DNA of 64,000 nt, taken from the NCBI GenBank assembly GCA_036867785.1, contig CP145418.1, positions 1,054,001-1,118,000 of the forward strand, given 5' to 3'. The translations under genes and the position numbers were made by a program. This document shows, one piece after another, positions 35,447 through 46,538 of this stretch (position 1 is its first letter; each line of letters begins with the position of its first letter). Under the pieces are notes generated by a model that was not told the DNA's origin, did not search any database, and was given only the letters and a program-made list of their open reading frames with translations. Source of the DNA: Plasmodiophora brassicae. Lineage: Eukaryota.

Positions 35447-37584
35447 TTACTTCGTAGCCCCGTTCAAGCGTCGTAACTTTCGTACGAGATCAGCGGCGGC
35501 GACGGGACGTTTGCGTTTAGCACGGGTCTGGGGAATGTTCGGTGCCACCGAACCATCGCCGAAATCCATCGTGCCGTGTAGGATGCTGTTCGTCGTCACA
35601 AACGAACGTGATACACCACGCGGGATCAGGGGCTCGGCAAGCAGTTGGGCCAGATGGGCACGCATGGACGCGAACTGCTGGTTGCGACGCGCGCGATCGT
35701 CGTCGGTTGCCGAGGCAGTTTTCGGGACGATATCGTCATCCAGGAGGATGTCCATTTCCTTGGCGTGCTTGGCGAACCAGTTCGATTCGGCGCTGGCCTT
35801 CTTGTCTTCCGACAGCAACCGATCTAGTTTGGTGGCGACATTGATCCGCTTGCGGATCGGGACCAGCAGAGCCGTGTCGACTGGGAACTCGGCAACCGAA
35901 TGCGACAGGTCACGGGTCAGACGACGGTACGCCTCCTGTTCTGCCGGTGCGATCAGCATCAGGCTCAGCCCGTTCCCCCCGATCCGTGCCGTCCGTCCTG
36001 ATCGGTGCACGTAGATATCGCTGGTAGGCGCAGCCTGATGCAGAATCGGTTAGCCAGCCATACCCCCCAGTTAGGACATGTGCTCCTACCTGGTAGTGAA
36101 CGACATTGTCCACGTTAGGAATGTCAAGTCCTCGAGCGGCGACATCGGTGCAGACGAGGACACAGTTGTCACTAGCTTTGAACCTGTCCAGGTTCTTCAG
36201 ACGCTGCCTCTGCTGCATGGACGCGTGCAATGGGAAGACCTGACACACCAAATCAGAATGCGAAGGCGAGTCGGCATTGCCTTCAACGAACGGGGAATTG
36301 CAGCAACGTGAATAGAGCATGGAATCGGCGCACGCTGGCGATCGAATTCATGAACACAATGGTTCGCCCAGCGTGTTTGGCCAGGAAGTAGTACACATAC
36401 GCGTCCTTCTCCTCGGGGAGACACTGGATACGCGATTCAGACAGGCCATCGGCAACACGTGTTTCAGGCGTGAGGTCGATGAACGCAGGACGGGAACGAA
36501 ACGTGATCCGGCTGATGAGATCTTGCAGGGTTGACGATGACCGCTGTCCCGGTCGCGCCTTTGGCGTTGCCATGGACGTCATCGTCGCCGAGAAGAGCAG
36601 CGTCTGATAACGCGACGCCGGTGCAGACTTGCCAATGAACCCAAGGATCATGTCGAGCTCTTTAAAGTGACCACGAGAGATCATCCGATCGGCTTCATCC
36701 AGGACGACAAACTGCAACGAAGACAGGTCGCAGACGTGTGGCTCGCCTTCTTGGATTATGTCCCACAGTCGACCTGGCGTCGCAACGACGATGTCGGGAT
36801 GCGAGCGTAACACTCGCTGCTGCTTTGCAATGGCCATGCCTCCAACGCACTCGGCAATCTGCAAGAGAAAACGTCAGCAGCGTGCTTACGAGAGACGAAT
36901 GACCGCAATCAGGCCTTGATCGATGTGCCATCGGCAACCCGTCTGAGGTGCTGGCATATTTGCATAGCGAGTTCTCTGGTCGGAGTGACGATCAGTACAG
37001 AAAGCGGGGTTGCTTCGTTATCCTGACGCGGCGGAAACTTCAGCAGCCGGTTCAGGATCGGCAATCCGAAGGCAAGAGTCTTCCCCGATCCCTAGAACGC
37101 AGTGTTAAACGTTGACGTTGCACAGCTGCAAGTTACACACCGTTTGTGATGCCGCAAGGATGTCTTTGCGATCCCGGAACACTGGGTTGAATGCTCGGGT
37201 TTGGATTTCAGTGGGTGATGTGAACCGTAGAGCCTTCAGACTTCTGAGGAGCGCGTCATCGAGTTCGAGGCATTCCCAGGCGGACATGTCAATATCTTCG
37301 GCTTCCTCTGTCATTTCGATAGCAACGGTAGGCTTAACCGGTGAGCCCGACGTCTTCTTCTTTGTCTTCTTCCTGGACGCTTTCTGCTGAGTTGGCTCGG
37401 ACGTCACGTCCTCCGTCTCAATGATTGCCGCGCTAAATTCAGTCCCAGACACCTCTTCGAGGGAAAGCATCCCAGAAAATCCTTCGTCATCGCCTAACGA
37501 CGCAACGCGAAGGTCGCACTCGACAGGCTTCCAAGATAGTGACGTCCAAGCTGCGTCCGATGATGCCGGCTTCCCCATCCCCAT
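35447..37584 (-). CDS. DDX24: DEAD-box RNA helicase, DDX24/Mak5-like
   Basis: [60 protein letters not shown]. Confidence 0.88.
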
Positions 37585-37611
37585 CACTGAGCCCACCAGC
37601 ACGGAACCGCC

Positions 37612-37634
37612 ACGGACTCCGCTACGGACTCCGT
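37612..37634 (-). promoter_or_regulatory. Tandem CGGA[C/G]TCCG element upstream of DDX24
   Basis: acggactccg-ct-acggactccgt about 30-50 nt upstream of the ATG; same element at 38041, 39602, 45469. Confidence 0.55.
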
Positions 37635-38140
37635 GATCAGCAGGTTGTCTCTGAAGCCAGACCAGCCACCTCCAGTCTCCAGAACCCTCCTCTGCCCTGC
37701 TGCTGGCATTCAAGCGATTCGCCTCGAACCACGCGCACGTTTCTGTTCGGGTTGATATAATAGCCGCGTAATATATTCTTGTAATCCTTAGTGTCACAAC
37801 GAAACCCGATTCAGATGCGGTAACAAGGGCAGCATGAACGAGTTGATTGGCAGTAGATTGATGATGCGTTGTTTAAGAGTGCGATGCAAGTTGCAGGGGT
37901 CTGGTGTAGCGCAACTATTTGGACCGACGAGTGAGCGGGGGCGTTCATCGGTAGGCGCGGGATCCGTAACCGCGTCGCGTTGACGACGGTGTCCCCGTTA
38001 AGCGTTTGTGGGTCTAAACAGAAATAGCGACCCCACGGGGCGGACGCCGTGACGGAGTCCGCGTCACATCCCAAGACGTCACACGCACCGCGACCAGCAG
38101 CTGGAAACACCCCACAACAGCAGTTACGTGTCAAGACGCA

Positions 38141-38617
38141 ATGTCCTGGAAACCGTGTCGCAGGCCCGAATGCCCGAATACGGTCGGGTCGGATCGGTCG
38201 AACCGCGCCCACTACTGTTCCGTCGAATGCAGATTGGCGGTTCGCGCGCTCAAGGCCCGTGTTCGCAGGCGCACCAAGTCATTGTCGCTGCTGGGCGCCG
38301 AGCAGGCAGCGCCTGTTCACACCGCTCAAGAAGTGCAAATTGGCCCACGACTGAACTCGACGCCCAGCCCACAACGCGCTATCGTTGCTCGCACGATCAG
38401 CATGACCACCGAGGACGCCGACGACACGACCGACTCGGCCAGCCAGGACAACTGCATCGAAGAGGGCGACGTCAGTCGCGACAACATGTACTGTAACTCG
38501 GTGGCGCTGGCGCAGCTAGCAGCGGTCTGCGCCGCCTACCGACAGACGCGCCAGTGCAATTCGGCCGCACCAACATCCGTAGATGGTGGAGTTCCCGTGC
38601 AATCCGTCACCTACTAG
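38141..38617 (+). CDS. Hypothetical protein with N-terminal Cys motif (CRRPEC...YCSVEC)
   Basis: ORF with zinc-finger-like Cys spacing, basic helix and acidic region; preceded by the tandem motif at 38041-38061. Confidence 0.4.
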   Translation: MSWKPCRRPECPNTVGSDRSNRAHYCSVECRLAVRALKARVRRRTKSLSLLGAEQAAPVHTAQEVQIGPRLNSTPSPQRAIVARTISMTTEDADDTTDSASQDNCIEEGDVSRDNMYCNSVALAQLAAVCAAYRQTRQCNSAAPTSVDGGVPVQSVTY

Positions 38618-39251
38618 ACACGGGCGTCTCTTCCTCTACGCATCACAACCGTATCTCGGCCACACACGCATTGTCAGCTCCAGTAAAATATACCACAAAT
38701 GATCTAGTCAGAATACAACATTGGCCTCGCTCATGCTATTCGCTCGACTGCCCGTTATCGTCTGGTACAGCATTGGAGCACCGTGCGTACACCATCCTGT
38801 GACGGCGCGCGTTAACACCGGAAGGAGCGACGACGAGACGAGGGGCGAGGGCTCGCCGAGACGCCGACGCGTGACCACCCGGTCCGCTCGCAGTGCCGCA
38901 CGCAACTAAAGCAAGCCGCAAAGACCTCAAGCGCTATGTTTAGCGCTGATCATTGATGAGCTCCGAAATCGAGCGCGGGGCAACATTCTTCAGAAGACTG
39001 CCCACAGGAATACGCATCGCTGGCCCTTGTACACACTAAACACTTACACGACGTAGGACTTACAACGCGTGATGCAGCACGAAGGACAAACGACTGCACG
39101 GTGGTACCAGTACTGCTCGACCCGTCATTCGGATCCATCGATTAATGGCACGCACATGTGACAGCGCGCCGGCAGAATCCATCATGAACGATACGTAACG
39201 GAGTGGTATTAATTTAGTTATTGATCGAGAACAGGGGACACCATGACAGGG

Positions 39252-39590
39252 TCACCGGGCCAGAAGCTGACGACCTAACAGGCGAACGATTTAGTCCATC
39301 ACGACAATGCCAATGTGTTAACCGCGTACGAACACTTTCTCTCCCGCTTCTTGTACAGGATTCGGTATCCACACTCACGGCACCGGATGGCATCTCTCGC
39401 GCGGATGACGTTTTCCACCCTGAACCCCAGTGTTAGTTTGCACAGGACGCAGTGCCTCATAGCAGCGGACGTACCCGCAGTCACCGCATAGGAAGCCGGA
39501 CGCGGTCGCGCTCGGGTTGCAGGGTGGCAGGCCGCCGCTGATCACAACTGGAGCAGGTTCATCGACATTGCCACTGTCGACCTCCATCAT
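39252..39590 (-). CDS. RPB12: RNA polymerase I/II/III shared subunit RPABC4 (Rpb12), 3 exons
   Basis: Spliced product FLCGDCGVEN...[17 protein letters not shown]...LLAR*. Confidence 0.9.
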
Positions 39591-39601
39591 GCAATCTGTC
39601 C

Positions 39602-39623
39602 GCGGACTCCGTCACGGACTCCG
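39602..39623 (-). promoter_or_regulatory. Tandem CGGA[C/G]TCCG element upstream of RPB12
   Basis: gcggactccgtcacggactccg, identical to 45469-45490. Confidence 0.55.
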
Positions 39624-39726
39624 CAGTCGGGTCGAGCGAGGGTCCCCTCGTGAAACATGGGTCCAGAAATAGGATCGCGCCAGACTCAGCTCTCTGTCAG
39701 TCCTCGCTCGTGCACGAAAGTGTGCC

Positions 39727-41730
39727 ATGGGGGACAAACCGTGCATGCATGACGTCCGCGTCGACAATGCGACGGCGGACAAGGCGGAATCGGATGCGGA
39801 CACGATCGAGATGTGGGATCGCACCCCTCGACTTATCGTTGTGGACAACGATAATGGCGGGGCGGGTGGAGCGTCGACGTTGCCCGCAAACCAGGCGAAA
39901 ATGTTCAGCCTTGAGGAGCGCGATAACCGCAACGTGGTGCTTCGATCCCTCGCAAACTGCTCTGAATTCATGCGCAACCGGCAGATTCCGATCCTGGTGG
40001 CGACCTGCTCGCTGCTGTTCACAATTGGGGCCCTCCTGCTTGGACCTCCCGAGATGAAATCGCACTATCGATGGTACCTGACGCCTTTCCTTGCGGTCGT
40101 TGTGTACTTTCTGTGCGGCCTGGCGGAGAAACTCGTGTCCTGGGCCATGCAAGCCATCGCGGCATGTAGTTCAAATGCTGGATGGGGACTTCGTGTCATC
40201 GTTCAGGAACTGCACGGATGGCTGCGCATCGTCGTCTTCTGCATCGTCATGTCTGAAGTACTGCTCGACGAGTGGATGGCGTCTCTGAACGTGAACGTTC
40301 CGCGCGAAGTCCAACTAGCCGGAAAATGGATCAAGTCTGCCTACATCATCCTTATCATCGTTGTTCTGAAGAACGTCGGCCTGCGCGTCCTCGAGCGACT
40401 GTTCGCCGAGAAATCGTTCGGTCATCGTATACACAACTGTGCGTTGGGGGCGTTCACCTTGGAGCACCTCTGCCGCCAAATTGGGCGCTCCGACCAATGC
40501 CCGAAGTCGTTATCATCGCGGTACCTTGCCTTCAAGCGCACCCACCTGATGGATCGCCTGGCCAAGATCCGCGATGAATCCCTGACGCTTCCACTGAAGC
40601 AATCCCTTTCCGGACCTTGGCGGTACTCGGAGACGTCACGGGTCGAGGTCTCTACCAAGAAGGAGGTAACTTGTCATCGCCTCAGCCTTCCTATGTGTTG
40701 CTGATTGCCACAGTTTGAGCTTGTTGCGACTGCCCTGTTCAACAGCCTGTCCAGTTCGGGAACGATCGCCTTCAGCGACTGGGAGGCGCTGTTCATGGTA
40801 AGGGCCAGTCGCTCTGTGTTCTGGATGTCGACTGATTACCGTTCACAGGGCAACCACCATCTTGCGGTGACGACGTACAAGCTGATGTTCCCGATGAATG
40901 AATTGCACCTTACCGAGACCGACTTCGTGTCGGCGATCTGCGCCTTTGGCGAAAAGCGTTCCGCACTGGCAGGACGGCTGTCTGGCTTCAGGAACCTGAC
41001 GACCTTGATCGGGACCTTTGCCGGCGTCCTGCTCGTGCTGGTATCATGTCTGGCTGTTGCGTACGTGTTCGAGTACAACTACACGGGTCTGATGGTGACC
41101 ATGTCCACCATCTTCATCTCGTTGTCGTTCGCCACGAGCAAATCCATATCGCGTTGCGTGGAATCCATCATATTCGTGTTCGGTAGCCAGCCGTTCACGG
41201 TGAACGACGTCGTCATTGTCGACGGCAAGTCGTACACGGTGCATCAGATCGGGTTGCTAGAGACGCGCATGCGCGACTCGTCCAACAAGATCGTCCGGTT
41301 CTCGAACCAGGTGCTCTGCGACATGAGCATCATCAATCAGTCGTTCAGCAACGACCGCGCCGTGTCCGTCATTGCAACTGATGTCGCGATGAGCACCTCG
41401 ATCGACTCCATCGAGAAGTTGCGCAAGGCGATCCTGAATTACGTGACAGGGAATGCCGCCCATTGGAAGCCCCGGGTCACGTTCGGCTGGAACGACATCT
41501 CGCAGGCCACGTCGATCCGCCTCGAGATCAAGGTCGAGTCCTGCTACACCTGGAAGCAAGGCGGGTCATTCCACGCCGCCAACTGGGACCTGAAACGATT
41601 CGTCACCCTGAAGATGGTCCAGCTGAAGATCACCTATCGGCAACCGCCACAACCGGTCACGATTGACATCACCGACCACTCATCCTCACTGCCGTCAGTG
41701 GCCTTGTTGCCCCGTACAACCGCAAAATAA
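39727..41730 (+). CDS. MscS-like mechanosensitive ion channel (multi-exon)
   Basis: Multiple TMs, then SIIFVFGSQPFTVNDVVIVDG..V..IGLLET...VRFSNQVL...IINQS. Confidence 0.85.
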
Positions 41731-41770
41731 TAAACCGCCGTTCCCGAACGACAGCTGCCTGGGCCGACCC

Positions 41771-41825
41771 TGCAGCTCGCCAGTGGCCGCTTGCAGCTCG
41801 CCAGTGGCCGCTTGCAGCTCGCCAG
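41771..41825. repeat. 21-bp minisatellite, about 2.6 copies
   Basis: tgcagctcgccagtggccgct repeated. Confidence 0.85.
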
Positions 41826-42012
41826 TCTCTCGCTCTGCTCCAGAATAGGACAGGCCCGGTCAAATGAAGCGCCAAAAAAAACGGGGCTGTTGTTGTTGCG
41901 CCCTGGGACTGGCAGCGCATTGCGTTAGTGAAGTGGGGGAGTGAGGGTGCCATTTGCTCGTCAATGACTCGCCCAGGAGGGTCCAGTCGTCGCGGGCCGC
42001 TGTTCCGCGTGC

Positions 42013-43042
42013 ATGGCGCGCCCGTTGTGCGTCGCCAGGCGCCGGGTCTGACGCCCGCGCTGCCGGCGCGACGCATCGGCGGGTATCACCGGCGGCACCG
42101 GGTCGCGCACGACGCGTCCGTCGACGGCGTCGTGGCTGGCGCCGTCCGTCGTGCAATCAACTCGGTCAAGAAATTTGTATGCGGGAACGCTCGTTCTTCT
42201 GGGTGGCGATCCTGATGGTCGGATTAGTTCAGGAGGCCGTCCCGGGATTCCCTGCAGGAGCGGATCCGCGAGCTGGAGGACGATCTACGCCTAATGCAAC
42301 AGAAGGACCATATTGAGAAGCGGGCCATCTCCTGCGAAACGCAAACATTGGATGCCGACAATGGAGACGATGCGGTCCCTGCTGCACCGCCTGTTCCGCG
42401 TCTCGAAGAAGGACACGGTGCCGTTCCGGCTGCGCCCCCCGCTCCTCCCGCCCCTCCTCTGCCCGGAATAAAGGGGCCCGAGGCGACGCCTAGCAAGGAT
42501 TCAGGGCCGCATCGGTTGCCATTCGGATCTGCTGATTTGCGCGCGGTTCGACTACGACGACGGCCTGAAGGATCATCTGCAGATGCGCCTAACGATAAGA
42601 CCGACTCCCTAGCTGATCAAGAGAACCGTCCTGAAGAGGTATGTGTCCTCCGAATATGAGTGACGTGTCATCGTTGACAGCCCTTCGCGACAGGGATCAG
42701 CAGCGAATGTTTGCGTTTCCGAGACGAAATCGGTCATATGGAATATGGAGATCAAGCCCGACGACCTGCTGGCAGTCAAGCTGAAGCCAATCCCCGGGCG
42801 CGAACAACGACAACGGCCTCTCCAATACGAGTCGGCTTTTGCCTACGTTTATCGCATAGCCAATGGCTGATCCGCTGCTGCTCAGATCCGACCCGGATGA
42901 TGCGTTCAGTCTGCTTCGGGCAGAGCTTGCCAAGCGGTCCCAGATCCTGCACTCGCCGGCAGGTCGGTTGTCACTTGGGACCAGTTCCGAAGTGGAATGG
43001 AGCGTTTCTCCCGCCAAGAGACCGCCGACGTCGGTACCGTAA
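42013..43042 (+). CDS. Proline-rich protein with two WH2-like motifs, PRR11-like (multi-exon, 5' end uncertain)
   Basis: Coiled coil LQERIRELEDDL; PPAPPAPPLP; FGSADLRAVRLRR; IKPDDLLAVKLKP; terminal LLRAELAKRSQILHSP. Confidence 0.5.
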
Positions 43043-43130
43043 ACATTTTAACACGTTCTTTGATTTACCGCGTTCCGTCCCGTCCGCGAACGTCCCTGAA
43101 ATGGAAATGGCGCCCAACTGGCCGAGGGAC

Positions 43131-43148
43131 AGAGAGAGAGAGAGAGAG
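43131..43148. repeat. (AG)9 microsatellite
   Basis: agagagagagagagagag. Confidence 0.9.
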
Positions 43149-43260
43149 CCTCAGTGCACTGTGTGACTGCTTGCGCATGAAGGTGGGCGCGAACAGTACC
43201 GGTAAATGACGATCGCCTCAATCCACCAACACGGTGTCGTAGTCGCGTTCACCGGTCCCC

Positions 43261-44124
43261 ATGCCGTTTACGTTGTCCTGGTCGGTGTCGAACGATTGCG
43301 CCGATCGGGGCGATGCTGAGGCCGCCTTGTTCAGCAATGACCGCGTGTTCCTCGGCCTGCTGCTGTACCTGGTCCTGGTGACAATGCTCAGCTGGAACCG
43401 GACCGAATCATGCGCGGTCTACATGCAGGTCTACCTGTGCGTCTCGTACGTGATCGTCATGGTGTCCCGATTGCTATCGGCACGATACGATAACGACGAC
43501 GTCGAGACCGACTGCACCGCCCAGGTCTGCGAGATCATCCACACGTTCGTCATCCTGCCCGTCTTCGCGGCCTGGACCATCTCCGGCACCATCTGGTGGG
43601 TCCATCGTTTCCACCCCACACTGCCGGGCCCCTTGTCTGAACGCGCTTCAGGGTGATCCATTACTATGCGTGCCTGGCGCATTCCACGTCGAACTCTGTC
43701 ATGTAACGAAGCCGTGTTCGTGGAACGCCGGGACGCGCTGACCCCGTAGCGTTGCAGAATGATATGGGTGCTGTTCTCGTACGTCTACCTGCTCGTCAAG
43801 TTCTACGACGTGTACAGGGAGTGTCGCGTCATGGACGACGACGTCGACGACGGGTTCGACCTTGTCCTGCGCAGTCACCCGGCGCCTCGATTCGACCCGC
43901 AGCAGATGCCGACGTTCACGTTCGGCGACGACACCACCAAGACCGACGACAGCGACTGCTGCGCCATCTGCCTGGACGATTTCGTTGCCGGCGACCTGTG
44001 CAAGGACATGCCCAACTGCGGCCATTGCTTCCATGCCGCCTGCGTCGATAGGTGGTTGCCGGCGCACCCGTCGTGCCCAGTCTGCAGGACGACCGTCAAC
44101 CAGGTCGCATGGGACGCCGTATAA
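43261..44124 (+). CDS. Multi-TM RING-H2 E3 ubiquitin ligase
   Basis: N-terminal TM segments; CAICLDDF...MPNCGHCFHAACVDRWL...CPVCR. Confidence 0.88.
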
Positions 44125-44145
44125 ATACATCACACGTGCCCTCTA

Positions 44146-45456
44146 TTATTGTACAGGTGCCGCGTCGTCCAACGCGAAGACGAGGGCGGTCTGATCGTCA
44201 CCGGCGGACGCGAGGTATCGCTCGTCGGCAGTGACGGCGATATCGAAGACGGGGCCGTTATGCCCTCTGTACCGGTGCAGACATGATCCTGATCGGGAGT
44301 CCCATAAGGACACGCTGCCGTCCAGCGAACACGACGCCAACGTGAACGCGTGCTTCTGCAGCCAGAGCAGCTTGACGACGCCGTCGTCGTGGGAGAACCT
44401 GGCCCGGACCGATCCTCGGTCAATGTCGGTGATGAAGATGGACCCGTTCATTGCCCCCGTGGCCGCCCAGTTCATCCCCAGGCTGGCTGGTGCGAACGCC
44501 ACCGCCTCGACAGCGGCACCGTGATCAGCGACGGTCCCGAGCACCTTGCCGCTGTCGATGTGGGACCACCTCGCTGTCTCATCCATCGAGCCAGTCAGGA
44601 CAATCGGCTGCGTCGGGTGGCTATCAATGGCTATGCATGGCACGAGTCAGAACTGGGCAGAGACGCTCGACGGGGTGACGGGCCGCTTACAGCAGATGGG
44701 CGCTTCGTGGAACATGGGCCCTGATTTGATCATGGAGACGATTTGCCCGGTCTTGCAGGACCAGACGCGCACCGATCCATCTTCCGCGCCGGTGCACAGC
44801 ACCTTCCCGCTTTCGCCGGCAAACGTGCCGCATGTGACAGGGCCGACATCCTGCGACATGATGTGGATGACGGCTGCCGACTTTTGTGTGACATGCCACA
44901 GCCACACGGTGCCATCGGCGCTGCCTACAGCCAGAGCAGGTCCTCGCGGGTGCCAATGGATCCACTCGATTTCGGAGGAAGGCCCGTCCAGAGTATGTAA
45001 CGGGGTTCCAGATATGTCGAACACGCGTACAACGCCGTCCATTCCGGCAGTGCAGAGCAAGGTGCCATCCGACGAATATCGAACGGCAATGACCGAATCG
45101 GAATGGGCCGGGTCCAGTTGTTGGCACTGTTCATCGCCACTGGAAATCGACCACTGGAAGGCTTTATCGTCCCCTCCGCCCGTGCAAACGCGGTCAACGT
45201 CCGTTGGGTGCGTTGCAACGACGTAGACCGGGGCACTGTGCTGAAAGAACCCTTGGACGGAGTCGTCCTCAAGAATCTGAACGTCGTTGTTCTCCTCATT
45301 ACCGTCCTCCATGTCGTCTGCAACGGGTCGCCCGTCACTCTCCTCATTTACAATCTCGCAGACCTCGCCTTGCCGCAGCACGTTGGACGACATCTCAGTC
45401 GCCTCCTGGTGCTGGTCACCATCATCGTCACCCATCATGACCTCGCTGCCGGACAT
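44146..45456 (-). CDS. SQT1: WD40 protein, Sqt1/AAMP-like ribosome assembly factor (2 exons)
   Basis: Acidic N-terminus, DDSVQGFFQH, TGGGDDKA, IEWIHWHPRG.ALAVGSADGTVWLW, further WD repeats. Confidence 0.8.
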
Positions 45457-45468
45457 CGACCGTGTGCT

Positions 45469-45491
45469 GCGGACTCCGTCACGGACTCCGT
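45469..45491 (-). promoter_or_regulatory. Tandem CGGA[C/G]TCCG element upstream of the SQT1-like gene
   Basis: gcggactccgtcacggactccgt about 13 nt upstream of the first ATG. Confidence 0.55.
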
Positions 45492-45601
45492 GCCCTGCTC
45501 GCAGAAGTCCGGAAGCCGGATCTGCATCATGGCTTGGGCCTGCTCTCGTCCGTCGTCCCAGATAAACATGCTGTACGAACGTAAATGAGAAACTATCCCA
45601 T

Positions 45602-46334
45602 TTATTTGGGTGGTGGCGGGTGTAAAGGGTTCAGCGCGAACGTATGTCGCCAGCCGATGTCCCGAACCGAACCGTGCAGTTTACCCACGTCGGCGAGGTC
45701 GTTGCAGATGCGGTCCCGGGCGTCCTGCAGCGTCATGGACGTCAGGACCCGGTTGCCTTTGTCGACTCTGGCACCCTTGTTGATGAGCGTAACGACGATA
45801 GACACGCGGTGCCCTTCGAGAAGGAACTTTCTTGCCGAAGCAACCTTATGGTCGAAATCGTGTTTCTGAAATCAGGCCGCCCCCCATCAGCCGACGCAGA
45901 CACAGCCTATATGCATTGCCTGTGACCTCTGTCCTCGTCGTGAACTGAACGCACTTCTCCTTGACCTTCTTGCACGTCTTGGACGTCTTCGCTTCGGCGG
46001 CGCCCGCGGGTGCCAACGGCTGCTCCGCCGGCTTCGCCGATGCCAACCCGATCTTGTAGACGGCAGGTTGTTTCGAGGTATTCACAGGGAACAGGTCACC
46101 GTGCGAGTGCGCTGCCAGGCGTACCGCTTCCGACATTGTCTACGGCCGCCATCCATCCGGGTCAGCATCCTCCAATGTGCGCCGAACCGCATGGAACGCC
46201 GGACGAACCTTGTGGCCAAGGTTCTTCCCGGCCTTATCGATCAGAAGGACGACGGGGTCGTCGGCGACGCTCGCCAACCGCCGCATCGGCACTGCCGGCC
46301 AACGCCATGGGGACAGCCGCCGCGCGACGATCAT
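45602..46334 (-). CDS. Mitochondrial translation initiation factor IF3-like (3 exons)
   Basis: Arg-rich presequence; VLLIDKAGKNLG..MSEAVRLA..DL.PV....PAVYKI (IF3-N); HDFDHKVASARKFLLEGHRV (IF3-C). Confidence 0.75.
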
Positions 46335-46538
46335 GCGCGGGCCCTCCACCGCACGCGGCACACGGCAATCCGTCCCAGGAGCGTTGCGCGATCGACCCGC
46401 CCCTGGCTAAGAACCGGAATCCACCAGGTCGCCCAGATTACGTGCAGCCAGCCGTACAGGTCGATCGCTTCGGTTGTGTGCCACCCAACCGTACTCTAGA
46501 CATATACATAGCCGATGATGCTCATCATGCTAGATTCG

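Noticed and set aside
41771-41825. Short repeats (also 20281-20343) as CRISPR-like arrays
   Set aside because: No series of unique spacers, only 2-3 units, eukaryotic context, no cas genes
42179-42316. Apparent signal peptide MRERSFFWVAILMVGLV suggesting a secreted WH2 effector
   Set aside because: It lies within a probable intron (gtatgc...ttcag) and is out of frame with the proline-rich exon
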